Source of the DNA: a virus
Taxonomy: Duplodnaviria; Caudoviricetes
Virus record (IMG/VR): IMGVR_UViG_3300032332_001507
Location: 30,178-94,177 of that record
Direction: 5' to 3' (one strand)
DNA: 64,000 nt
The notes below the pieces were generated by a model. The model worked only from the letters and a program-made list of their open reading frames with translations. It searched no databases and had not been told where the DNA came from. Positions 29,542 through 37,113 of the stretch are shown here, piece after piece (within the stretch, counting starts at the first letter, position 1; the number at the start of each line of letters is the position of its first letter). Both the position numbers and the translations under genes were made by a program.

Positions 29542-29922
29542 ATGGAAGATAGAATACAAATAAATGGTGTTTGGTATAAACGAGAAAAACCAGAAACACC
29601 TAAATATGAAATCAGTGATATTAATGTAACTAGTAGTAAATCATATACTTATGAATCTACAGATTTTTGTTTTGAAGCTATTAAGTTAAGTAAAGATGAA
29701 GGTGAAACGTTTTTTGATTCAGTTGATATTGAGTTCACTGACAAACGAGTTAAACCATGGAAAACAGAGCTTTGGGACAATCCAAATTGGTTTAAAGGTA
29801 TATTAGATAATGACCCTGAAGCGTTAGATGATGATGAGGGAACAATAGAAAGTATAGGTCCAAATGGATTAGGACAATTAAAAGCATTTTTAACTTATTT
29901 AAAAGATAAAAATTGGTTATGA
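29542..29922 (+). CDS. Hypothetical protein
   Basis: Tiled ORF. Confidence 0.55.
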   Translation: MEDRIQINGVWYKREKPETPKYEISDINVTSSKSYTYESTDFCFEAIKLSKDEGETFFDSVDIEFTDKRVKPWKTELWDNPNWFKGILDNDPEALDDDEGTIESIGPNGLGQLKAFLTYLKDKNWL

Positions 29923-30539
29923 AAAGATCATATATAAGAGTAACATATGTAGCACTATCACACTATGGAAAGCCAATAGTAACCGCTCATACATTTGATG
30001 ATTTAAAATTAGGTATAGATGAGTATTTTGGTGCTGGTAAAGATCAACTTGAATGGATACCCTATGAAAGTAAATACCCAGATGATTATGAAGGTTATTT
30101 TAAATACGAAGCAGATGATTTCAATGGAGGTACAGAGTTAGAAGAAATTAAAGTATATTGTGTAGACTTTTATCCAACAACAAAATATGAAGTGGAAAAT
30201 GATCGTAATGATACAATCACAGTATCCAAGGAATTACAAAAACAGCTCATAATTGAAATGATGGGCCAGGATGAAAAATTAGGTTTATACAAAACAAGAA
30301 ATTTACATATGATGGACGAACAAGAAATAAAACAATACGAATACGCTTCTGAATTAAGTAAATATGATAATAAAGAAGAACGCCAACAAATGATTGAACG
30401 GATAGAAGTATTGATAAGGTATAGAGGAGCTATGGCTCAACAAATACTAATTCATAAAGGTGATGATGGGGTGTTAAAAGCAATGAAACACTTGTATACA
30501 CATTATGATAATCTAATTAAAGAAAATTTAGGATTATGA
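29913..30539 (+). CDS. Hypothetical protein
   Basis: Tiled ORF. Confidence 0.55.
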   Translation: MVMKRSYIRVTYVALSHYGKPIVTAHTFDDLKLGIDEYFGAGKDQLEWIPYESKYPDDYEGYFKYEADDFNGGTELEEIKVYCVDFYPTTKYEVENDRNDTITVSKELQKQLIIEMMGQDEKLGLYKTRNLHMMDEQEIKQYEYASELSKYDNKEERQQMIERIEVLIRYRGAMAQQILIHKGDDGVLKAMKHLYTHYDNLIKENLGL

Positions 30540-30707
30540 ATGAAATAATTGAAAAATACGAAGCAAAATTAGACTACTTAAACAAAGCAGTTGAACAATC
30601 AAAACATTTAATGGATAAAGATACATTAGATACGATGAATCATATGAAAATTTTGCTTACCGAAGTAGTAACAGATTTTAAAGCTATACGTGCGTTGGGA
30701 GGTAACA

Positions 30708-30959
30708 ATGAGTAAACAAACAGCATTACAATGGTATATTCAACAATGTGAAAACATTAAATATAACCCATTAGAAAAAAATGGATACACGATTGCTAAA
30801 GAAAAAATTATTAAGCAAGCACTTGAAATGGAACGTGAGCAGATGATCGAATTTTCACAAGAGGTTTTTGTAAATCGTTATAATCAAGTTTATGAGACAT
30901 TAAGTAGTGTATCAAATGAGACTTACAAACAAACATACGGAGGTAACAATGACAATTAA
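30708..30959 (+). CDS. Hypothetical protein (start revised to ATG 30708)
   Basis: MSKQTALQW...QALEMEREQ. Confidence 0.55.
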   Translation: MSKQTALQWYIQQCENIKYNPLEKNGYTIAKEKIIKQALEMEREQMIEFSQEVFVNRYNQVYETLSSVSNETYKQTYGGNNDN

Positions 30960-31197
30960 ACAATGGTTACAAAATGTTCATTACGATGACTATGGACAAT
31001 ACTTATGGGCTAATCATGATGATGGAAACCAATTGATTGGTGAAGTTAGAGGTTGGGGTGCATTACAACAAGAGTTTAAAACTGAAGCGGAAGCAGGAGT
31101 ATTTCAAGATGAAGTAGGTAAATTCATTGCCGATGCTATCAATGAAAAAGTAAAACGTGATTTTGGAAGTGAAGATGAATGGGGAGACTATAAATAA
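30949..31197 (+). CDS. Hypothetical protein (start revised)
   Basis: MTIKQWL...EVRGWG. Confidence 0.5.
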   Translation: MTIKQWLQNVHYDDYGQYLWANHDDGNQLIGEVRGWGALQQEFKTEAEAGVFQDEVGKFIADAINEKVKRDFGSEDEWGDYK

Positions 31198-31248
31198 AAT
31201 TCCAGTAACGACGACGATAACAAAAACAACAACGTGGAAGAAAAAAAT

Positions 31249-31273
31249 AAAGGCGAGAATAAAATCTCGCCTT
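31249..31273. terminator. Likely bidirectional terminator between convergent genes
   Basis: AAGGCGAGA-ATAAAA-TCTCGCCTT. Confidence 0.65.
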
Positions 31274-31310
31274 CTCGTTTATCTAAATAGATAAATAGAT
31301 AAAAATAGAA

Positions 31311-31625
31311 TTAAGCAGTCGGTGTAACGCTTCTCCATCCACTAACGTTAGAAGTTGAACCTGCTGCTCCAAATCCATAAACGAACATCTTAAGGTTAGC
31401 TGCGCTACCTGACATAGCGACTGAACCTGTTACAACGCCCGTTGGAAGTGGATCCATTGGAGTTAAAGTAATTACTGAGCCAAAGTTAGCTACGTTTGAT
31501 TGGTAAATAGAGCTTGAAGCTAAATAGATACCGATTTCGTTTACACGATCTGCTGTTTCGCCTAAACGATCAAGACCGTCTACGAAAAAATAAGGAGTTG
31601 CTGCTGCATTGTTTGGAATTGCCAT
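31311..31625 (-). CDS. Small late (probably virion) protein; only credible minus-strand gene
   Basis: ATATTTAT on minus strand at 31652-31659, AAAACAAAACACA leader, Ser/Gly/Thr-rich. Confidence 0.7.
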   Translation of the reverse strand: MAIPNNAAATPYFFVDGLDRLGETADRVNEIGIYLASSSIYQSNVANFGSVITLTPMDPLPTGVVTGSVAMSGSAANLKMFVYGFGAAGSTSNVSGWRSVTPTA

Positions 31626-31875
31626 TGTGTTTTGTTTTAAGGGTTATACCTATAAATATGGGTGTAGGAGGAACAGGTAGAGGGAGCAGAAAGAACAAGC
31701 AAAGAGAGCAGATAGAGAGAACAGAAAGGTTAGCTAAAGAGAACAAGCAGGGTCATACGCAAGTGTGACCCGCTTTATTTACGTATGTGGTCTAGAGAGA
31801 ACGGCTAGACGGGACAGAATAGTGTATGTGACAGGGTGTGAGATGTGGGTGTAATGGAGTGGTGGGACAGGGTAA

Positions 31876-31899
31876 CCCCATGCCCCGCCCCTTCCCCCC
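31876..31899 (-). other. Potential G-quadruplex (G6-AA-G4-C-G4-CAT-G4)
   Basis: + strand CCCC-ATG-CCCC-G-CCCC-TT-CCCCCC. Confidence 0.6.
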
Positions 31900-31906
31900 T
31901 CTCTCG

Positions 31907-31924
31907 TCGACAAAGTATATACGT
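31907..31924 (+). repeat. 18-bp direct repeat copy 1 TCGACAAAGTATATACGT
   Basis: Exact match to 38022-38039. Confidence 0.9.
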
Positions 31925-32067
31925 TACGAACACCACATATTTTCACAAAGGTATGCAAAAGTGCGTGCCTTTTTGTGTTTTTGTTTGTATATTAAATAAA
32001 AAATTAGGTCTTTTGGGCCCGGGGAGGGGCATTTTTAAAAAAACAGGCAAAAAGAACAAAAATTTAT

Positions 32068-32098
32068 TTGGAAAATTAAAATTTTATTCGTATCGTTA
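32068..32098 (+). promoter_or_regulatory. Early-type promoter
   Basis: TTGG-N17-CGTATCGTTA. Confidence 0.6.
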
Positions 32099-32116
32099 CC
32101 GCATAAATTAAAACAT

Positions 32117-32593
32117 ATGAGCACAAAAGAAATCAAAAAAGAAGTAGCAGAGTTAATGGCTACAACAGCCCACAACTGGAAGGCTGTCTATGGAAAAGAA
32201 GCAGAAGCAACTCAGGAAGAAAGAGAAGAATATGCTAATTTCCGGGAGTATGCGGACAAGAGGATCCAAGAATTGATCCCAGACAGCGAAAAACTATCAA
32301 TCTGTTTATCTGGATGTGCTAAAGGTGATTTGTCCCATTACGACATGGAAGACACACTTAAGATGTTTTTTAAGCCAGGTGAAGGAGTACAGTACGACAG
32401 TGAAAGCGGACAGTTTTGGATGTATGTTAAACCAGAACTAGTACACCCAGTGTTAAGAGCTATCGACCACAACTTCCCAGGTCAAATAAAATTGACAGTA
32501 GATATAAACCGCTATGCAGACAACCCTTGGTTTCAGAATTGGACTCAAGCCGAGAGATATTTAGCTCAGATAAGTGCGGAAACAGGAGAGTAA
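32117..32593 (+). CDS. Hypothetical early protein
   Basis: ORF with own promoter and terminator. Confidence 0.7.
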   Translation: MSTKEIKKEVAELMATTAHNWKAVYGKEAEATQEEREEYANFREYADKRIQELIPDSEKLSICLSGCAKGDLSHYDMEDTLKMFFKPGEGVQYDSESGQFWMYVKPELVHPVLRAIDHNFPGQIKLTVDINRYADNPWFQNWTQAERYLAQISAETGE

Positions 32594-32617
32594 AACGAGC
32601 TCATAATCAAAGTCGAC

Positions 32618-32672
32618 AACCCACCTGCTTAAAGAGAGCGGGTGGGTTTACTCAGAGGAGTTCGTATATTTA
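32618..32672 (+). terminator. Terminator hairpin + early promoter
   Basis: AACCCACCTGCT...AGCGGGTGGGTT; GTGG-N17-CGTATATTTA. Confidence 0.7.
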
Positions 32673-32691
32673 CCTCATAATAATTAAACAC

Positions 32692-32880
32692 ATGAAAAAA
32701 TTTATCGTTACAGAAACAATACCAGCAACCATAGAGTATACCTACTATGTTGAGGCTGAGAATGAAGAACAAGCACTAGAAATAGTGATGGATGGTGATG
32801 CAGAGGAAACGGCTACAATGAGATGGGTTGAAGAAGGTGACGGTGAGTGGGAAGTAGAAGAAGAAAAAGAAGAAAAGTGA
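32692..32880 (+). CDS. Small acidic early protein (start revised to ATG 32692)
   Basis: MKKFIVTET...VEAENEEQALE; E-rich. Confidence 0.7.
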   Translation: MKKFIVTETIPATIEYTYYVEAENEEQALEIVMDGDAEETATMRWVEEGDGEWEVEEEKEEK

Positions 32881-32888
32881 GAAAAAAC

Positions 32889-32919
32889 GTGCCTCTAGGA
32901 AAAACAGGTCGTATATTTA
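32889..32919 (+). promoter_or_regulatory. Early-type promoter
   Basis: GTGC-N17-CGTATATTTA. Confidence 0.7.
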
Positions 32920-32955
32920 AAGCATAATAATTAATAACAAATAAAAATAAAGGTT

Positions 32956-33126
32956 ATGAGCACAGAAAACAAAACAAAAGGACGCCCAGTAGTGGCAGGT
33001 AGCGCACGTCAAGCACGTTTAGCAGCACAAGCAGCTCGAAAAGAAGCAAATGGTGGAGTAGTTAAGCGTGGACGCCCAGCGAAACCAAAAACAGAAACCG
33101 TAGAAGATAGTGTAGTGGAAGCCTAA
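32956..33126 (+). CDS. 56-aa basic protein with two AT-hook-like GRP motifs (not in ORF track)
   Basis: MSTENKTKGRPV...VVKRGRPAKPK; follows promoter. Confidence 0.75.
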   Translation: MSTENKTKGRPVVAGSARQARLAAQAARKEANGGVVKRGRPAKPKTETVEDSVVEA

Positions 33127-33176
33127 CCGGTAAGGTAACCCAGGGGTGGGTGCGACGGCACTCACCCTTTTAAAAA

Positions 33177-33262
33177 GCCGAAGTGGTGGAACTGGTAGAC
33201 ACGCAGGACTTAAAATCCTGTTGCTAGAAACAGCAGTGCGGGTTCGATTCCCGCCTTCGGTA
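33177..33262 (+). tRNA. tRNA-Leu(TAA)
   Basis: GCCGAAG/CTTCGGT acceptor, CAGGA-CTTAAAA-TCCTG anticodon arm, long variable arm, GCGGG-TTCGATT-CCCGC T arm; no encoded CCA. Confidence 0.93.
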
Positions 33263-33266
33263 CAAA

Positions 33267-33334
33267 TGATTAGAGCAGTTAAGGTCATGCCTTAAAGGAA
33301 TGCAGACAGTGGAGATGAGCGTCCCACCTAATCA
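33267..33334 (+). ncRNA. Putative small structured RNA
   Basis: TGATTAG/CTAATCA closing stem enclosing TTAAGG/CCTTAA and GTGG/CCAC hairpins. Confidence 0.35.
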
Positions 33335-33444
33335 AATATAATGAGGGAGGCCCTTAGGCAAGGCTCTATCTGCCGGAACGTATGCCGGTTAGACTAAATA
33401 AAAACTCACTCACGGGATTCAAGCGATGCAAAGCACCCATTAAC

Positions 33445-33517
33445 TAGACCCAGACCTGATCAGTCTGGGTTTTATTTGAAAAATAAGTTGGCCTTTAAAA
33501 TAGGTTTATTATATTGG
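33445..33517 (+). terminator. Terminator followed by variant early promoter
   Basis: AGACCCAGAC-CTGATCA-GTCTGGGTTT; TTGG(33488)-N18-TATATTG. Confidence 0.6.
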
Positions 33518-33547
33518 ATATAATTAATAATTAAATAAATAAAAGTT

Positions 33548-33751
33548 ATGCGTTTAAATCGTACAGCAAAAATGGCATTTTGGAATGCCCGTAAGCAAAG
33601 TGGTGACACCAACCGTATTGCAGAGATGACAGGCTACTCAGTGAGCCACGTGTCAAACATGACAAACGGACGTCGCACCGTAACAGAAGATGTAGCTAAC
33701 GCTATGTATTCAATCTCTAGCAAGCGCAAGAAGCTTAGCAAAATGGCCTAA
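33548..33751 (+). CDS. Small HTH DNA-binding protein
   Basis: RIAEMTGYSVSHVSNMTNGRR XRE-like HTH. Confidence 0.75.
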   Translation: MRLNRTAKMAFWNARKQSGDTNRIAEMTGYSVSHVSNMTNGRRTVTEDVANAMYSISSKRKKLSKMA

Positions 33752-33777
33752 ATGTAGGTCGAGACCATGTGTGTTTT

Positions 33778-33837
33778 AAGAGCGATTCGAAAGAGTCGCT
33801 CTTTTTTTGGCGTTAGCAGAATTCGTTCGTATATTTA
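33778..33837 (+). terminator. Terminator + early promoter
   Basis: AAGAGCGATTC-GAAA-GAGTCGCTCTT-TTTT; TTGG-N17-CGTATATTTA. Confidence 0.75.
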
Positions 33838-33861
33838 CAAAATAATAAAAACACAAAACAC

Positions 33862-34698
33862 ATGAGTAATTTAGTAATTAAAAGAAGAGGCAGACCAGCC
33901 AGTGCAAACAAGCAAACAGCACCAGCTGCAGTAAGCACATTTGATCCAACAGCAATGAGAATTGTAACAGGAGCAGAATTGACGTTTGATGAATCGATCT
34001 TCCGTCCAATGAGAACGGATACGATCATAGACGATATCTTGAGCACCAACCGAGGCTTGATGCCAGCAACCAACATGATCATTTGCGGTGGACCCGGATC
34101 AGGAAAAACAACAATAGTATTGGACATGATGTCCAAGTGGACTAGACAAGGTTATAAGACGTTGTTTGTGTCAGGAGAAATGGACGAGATCGGTTACTAC
34201 AAGTACTGTCGTCGCATGCCTAATATTGCAAACGTGCCTACCTTGTTTTTAAAGAACTATGCTACGAGTGTCAAAGAAGCACTTGAGCATGCGTTTCAAG
34301 AAGGATACGAGATCATTGCAATTGACTCAGTAGCAGAAGTGGTTGACATGTACAAAGACGCTTACCGCACAACAGAGAGTGCAGCTGAATTGTGGTTTCT
34401 AGACTTGCAGACCAGACACAAGAAAGGAGGCAACGACGAGAACATGTACACTGCATTCATCAACATTCAGCAAGTAACTAAATCAGGTGATTTCAGTGGA
34501 TCAAACAGATTAAAACACATGACTGATGCAATGTGCTCGATCAAGAAAGAGAAAGACGGAGATACCAGAACATTAGCATTCAGCAAGAACAGAGATTGTG
34601 ATACGAGCAATTCGATTCAATTCAGAATCGGCTTGAATCAAGTAGAATACAGCTATTCAGAAGCAAATGAAGCTGACTTCGAAGGTGAGCCAGAATAA
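33862..34698 (+). CDS. RecA-superfamily (RadA/Sms-like) ATPase with N-terminal AT-hook-like motif
   Basis: GGPGSGKTT, FVSGEM, IAIDS, QVTKSGDFSGSNRLKHMTD, KNR; KRRGRP. Confidence 0.8.
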   Translation: MSNLVIKRRGRPASANKQTAPAAVSTFDPTAMRIVTGAELTFDESIFRPMRTDTIIDDILSTNRGLMPATNMIICGGPGSGKTTIVLDMMSKWTRQGYKTLFVSGEMDEIGYYKYCRRMPNIANVPTLFLKNYATSVKEALEHAFQEGYEIIAIDSVAEVVDMYKDAYRTTESAAELWFLDLQTRHKKGGNDENMYTAFINIQQVTKSGDFSGSNRLKHMTDAMCSIKKEKDGDTRTLAFSKNRDCDTSNSIQFRIGLNQVEYSYSEANEADFEGEPE

Positions 34699-34720
34699 TG
34701 TGTGTGTTTTAATTATGAAG

Positions 34721-34781
34721 AGGTGGAAGCGAAAGCTTCCACCTTTTTCTTTGGCAGTTGAAAAATTCAGTCGTATATTTA
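34721..34781 (+). terminator. Terminator + early promoter
   Basis: AGGTGGAAGC-GAAA-GCTTCCACCT-TTTT; TTGG-N17-CGTATATTTA. Confidence 0.75.
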
Positions 34782-34810
34782 CAGCATAATAATTAAAAAA
34801 ATTAAATAAC

Positions 34811-35254
34811 ATGAAAACAGTAATGGAACAGTTGATGGAAATCCAAGACAAATTAGATGTTTTAAAAGCACAAGCGCAGCCAGAAGTAGAATGTGATGGT
34901 GTATGTGGGTGTGGATGTGATGAACCAGAAACAGAAACGCCCCAAAAGGTTACACTTACAAATCGAACAGTAGTTAAACTTACATTCACTGAAGAGCAGG
35001 TGATTGCGATCGCTACAGAGCTGGTAAGGCGAACAGTAGATGTATGTAAGGAGGCAGTTACAAATACTAATTTAGAGGACGGTGATTTTATTAGTTTAGA
35101 GTTGAATTACAACAACCAGATCGAAACCACCTTGAATAGTGATGATATTGTTGAATGCATGATCAGTGAAATCGATGATTATGTGAATGTGGATTCTGAT
35201 TCAGTAGCAGATGAAATAGGCAGTATTATAGGGTATTTGAATATTGAGTGTTAA
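34811..35254 (+). CDS. Acidic hypothetical early protein with Cys cluster
   Basis: CDGVCGCGC; D/E-rich. Confidence 0.65.
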   Translation: MKTVMEQLMEIQDKLDVLKAQAQPEVECDGVCGCGCDEPETETPQKVTLTNRTVVKLTFTEEQVIAIATELVRRTVDVCKEAVTNTNLEDGDFISLELNYNNQIETTLNSDDIVECMISEIDDYVNVDSDSVADEIGSIIGYLNIEC

Positions 35255-35285
35255 TTTTCATGTGTGTTTTAATTATAGAGAGATC

Positions 35286-35340
35286 GGGAGCAAATGCTCC
35301 CACTCTTGTTTGGAGTCCAGAATGTTTGAGCGTATATTTA
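35286..35340 (+). terminator. Terminator-like hairpin + early promoter
   Basis: GGGAGC-AAAT-GCTCCC; TTGG-N17-CGTATATTTA. Confidence 0.7.
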
Positions 35341-35365
35341 CCCCATAATTAAAAACCATAAACAC

Positions 35366-35623
35366 ATGAAAGTTGAATTTGAAAACATTGAAACATTATT
35401 TACCTACCAATTGCAAGCGATATTGGATCAGACGGAAGCCGAGATTGCTGAGGTGAAGAACCAGATAAAGCTGATGGGTGAGGAATTAGAGGTACTGGGT
35501 AAAGAACCAGGCGAAGACGATATGATCATGGTGAATATGGCAGCTCAATTTGTGGCGCTAGCCAATAAGATCAAGTATACGGTTAAAGCAGAATTATTAG
35601 ACAGACAACACGAATTAAATTAA
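35366..35623 (+). CDS. Hypothetical early protein
   Basis: ORF after promoter. Confidence 0.65.
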   Translation: MKVEFENIETLFTYQLQAILDQTEAEIAEVKNQIKLMGEELEVLGKEPGEDDMIMVNMAAQFVALANKIKYTVKAELLDRQHELN

Positions 35624-35631
35624 ATAAATAT

Positions 35632-35835
35632 ATGGCAAACGAAAGCAGATCAAACGGAATAGGGATCGGGATGATCTTATTCATTGTATTCCTAGTTTTA
35701 AAATTAACAGGCACCATCGACTGGAGCTGGTGGTGGGTAACAAGTCCACTATGGATCCCATTCGCAGCAGCAATGGTGATATTAGGAATAGTGGGTGTAA
35801 TAGCAATGGTGATCGAATACATCAACAACAAATGA
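35632..35835 (+). CDS. Small two-TM membrane protein (LKL...IDWSWWWV..PLW family)
   Basis: Motif common in phage membrane proteins. Confidence 0.7.
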   Translation: MANESRSNGIGIGMILFIVFLVLKLTGTIDWSWWWVTSPLWIPFAAAMVILGIVGVIAMVIEYINNK

Positions 35836-36380
35836 AGACGCTTGTAGTACACCCAGACGATCGATCAACCGATTTCCTCAGACCGATCTATCAGAACATA
35901 CCTGGGGCTACGGTGATCACTAAGAACATCACCGATGAAACACTGATGAGTGTGATCAGAGCAAATGATCGAATAATAATGCTTGGGCATGGGTCACCGT
36001 CTGGCTTATTTAATGTGTCTGGGATCGGGGTGGGGTTGTTTGCAATTGGATCCCAACACGTTGATGTGCTAACGACCAAGGAATGTATTTACATCTGGTG
36101 TAACGCCGATCAGTTTATTGATAAGCACAATCTGAACGGTCTGTACTCAGGTATGTTTGTGAGTGAGGTAGCGGAAGCCAGATATTGCGGGTTACCGTCT
36201 GCAACCCAAGAGCAGGTGGATCAATCAAATGATGAGTTCGCTAGGATGCTCGGCTTAACTCTGACAGCAACCCCGGATCTGGGGCAGGTGCACTCGACAG
36301 TGGGATCAGAATATCAGTTATTAGCTGAGAGTAATGAGGTAGCAAAATACAACGTTGAAAGATGGTATTATAAAAATTAA
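35832..36380 (+). CDS. Putative clan CD (caspase/gingipain-like) cysteine peptidase (start revised to ATG 35832)
   Basis: IIMLGHG and IYIWC strand-end His/Cys motifs. Confidence 0.5.
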   Translation: MKTLVVHPDDRSTDFLRPIYQNIPGATVITKNITDETLMSVIRANDRIIMLGHGSPSGLFNVSGIGVGLFAIGSQHVDVLTTKECIYIWCNADQFIDKHNLNGLYSGMFVSEVAEARYCGLPSATQEQVDQSNDEFARMLGLTLTATPDLGQVHSTVGSEYQLLAESNEVAKYNVERWYYKN

Positions 36381-36388
36381 TGTTTTGT

Positions 36389-36419
36389 TTGGTTGTTTGA
36401 GATTGTGGTTGTATATTTA
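36389..36419 (+). promoter_or_regulatory. Early-type promoter
   Basis: TTGG-N17-TGTATATTTA. Confidence 0.7.
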
Positions 36420-36444
36420 CAGCAATAATTAAAACACAAATAAA

Positions 36445-36687
36445 ATGGTAAAATTAAAAAATGAAGTTACTGGATTTGTTTATGATTCAGTTTACGGTTA
36501 TGTTAAAACAATTTTTGATCAACCTTTAACTGAAAATGAAATTAAGTTAATTGAGAGAGTATTAAATGAAGATGATGTATTATTTACTGATAATGAAGGT
36601 TTAAATGATATGTTTACATTTGATTGTAAAGAGGATTTAGAGAATAATGAAGAAGGTTTTAATGAGATTTTAGAGTGGGTTAAATAA
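36445..36687 (+). CDS. Small acidic early protein, C-poor gene
   Basis: Own promoter; about 10 C in 243 nt. Confidence 0.7.
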   Translation: MVKLKNEVTGFVYDSVYGYVKTIFDQPLTENEIKLIERVLNEDDVLFTDNEGLNDMFTFDCKEDLENNEEGFNEILEWVK

Positions 36688-36706
36688 ACCTACTTTAATA
36701 TTTTAT

Positions 36707-36737
36707 TTGGTTATTTAAAACAGTATTCGTATATTTA
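36707..36737 (+). promoter_or_regulatory. Early-type promoter
   Basis: TTGG-N17-CGTATATTTA. Confidence 0.75.
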
Positions 36738-36762
36738 AAACATAATTAAAAAAATAAAACAT

Positions 36763-36957
36763 ATGAAAAATTTTGTTGTGATTAGTAAAGAAGACAGTAG
36801 TGATTATTTTATTGTAAGTGACTTAAATGAGTTGATCAATGAAATGTTTGAGGTTGATTTGTTGAATGGTGATTCATTTGAAACTGTTAGAGGTTATTTA
36901 TTTAATAATTTTATTGTGTTTGAGTCTGAAAGTAAAATAGATGAAGTTTGGTATTAA
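36763..36957 (+). CDS. Small acidic early protein, C-poor gene
   Basis: Own promoter; about 6 C in 195 nt. Confidence 0.7.
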   Translation: MKNFVVISKEDSSDYFIVSDLNELINEMFEVDLLNGDSFETVRGYLFNNFIVFESESKIDEVWY

Positions 36958-36993
36958 AGTGATCAGATTTAAGGGGTTAAAAATGATCAGATT

Positions 36994-37021
36994 AAAGGGT
37001 GACTTAGGTTACCCTTTATTT
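36994..37021 (+). terminator. Intrinsic terminator
   Basis: AAAGGGTGAC-TTAG-GTTACCCTTT-ATTT. Confidence 0.65.
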
Positions 37022-37059
37022 GTTTAAAAAATATTATCTAAAAAAATATATTATTTTAT

Positions 37060-37090
37060 TTGTTTAATTAAAAATTAAATTGTATATTTA
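37060..37090 (+). promoter_or_regulatory. Early-type promoter, C-less variant
   Basis: TTGT-N17-TGTATATTTA. Confidence 0.65.
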
Positions 37091-37113
37091 CAGAAATAAT
37101 TAAAATAAATAAT

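Noticed and set aside
31514-32111. ORFs 31514-31768 and 31845-32111 (+)
   Set aside because: Non-ATG starts, low-complexity DNA, and overlap with a better-supported minus gene, the G4 motif and a promoter.
33019-33288. Minus-strand 89-aa ORF
   Set aside because: Antisense shadow of tRNA-Leu and the AT-hook ORF.
33766-35276. Anti-leader elements as starts of minus-strand genes
   Set aside because: They yield only 6-aa and 11-aa ORFs or no ATG, and have no minus-strand promoter.
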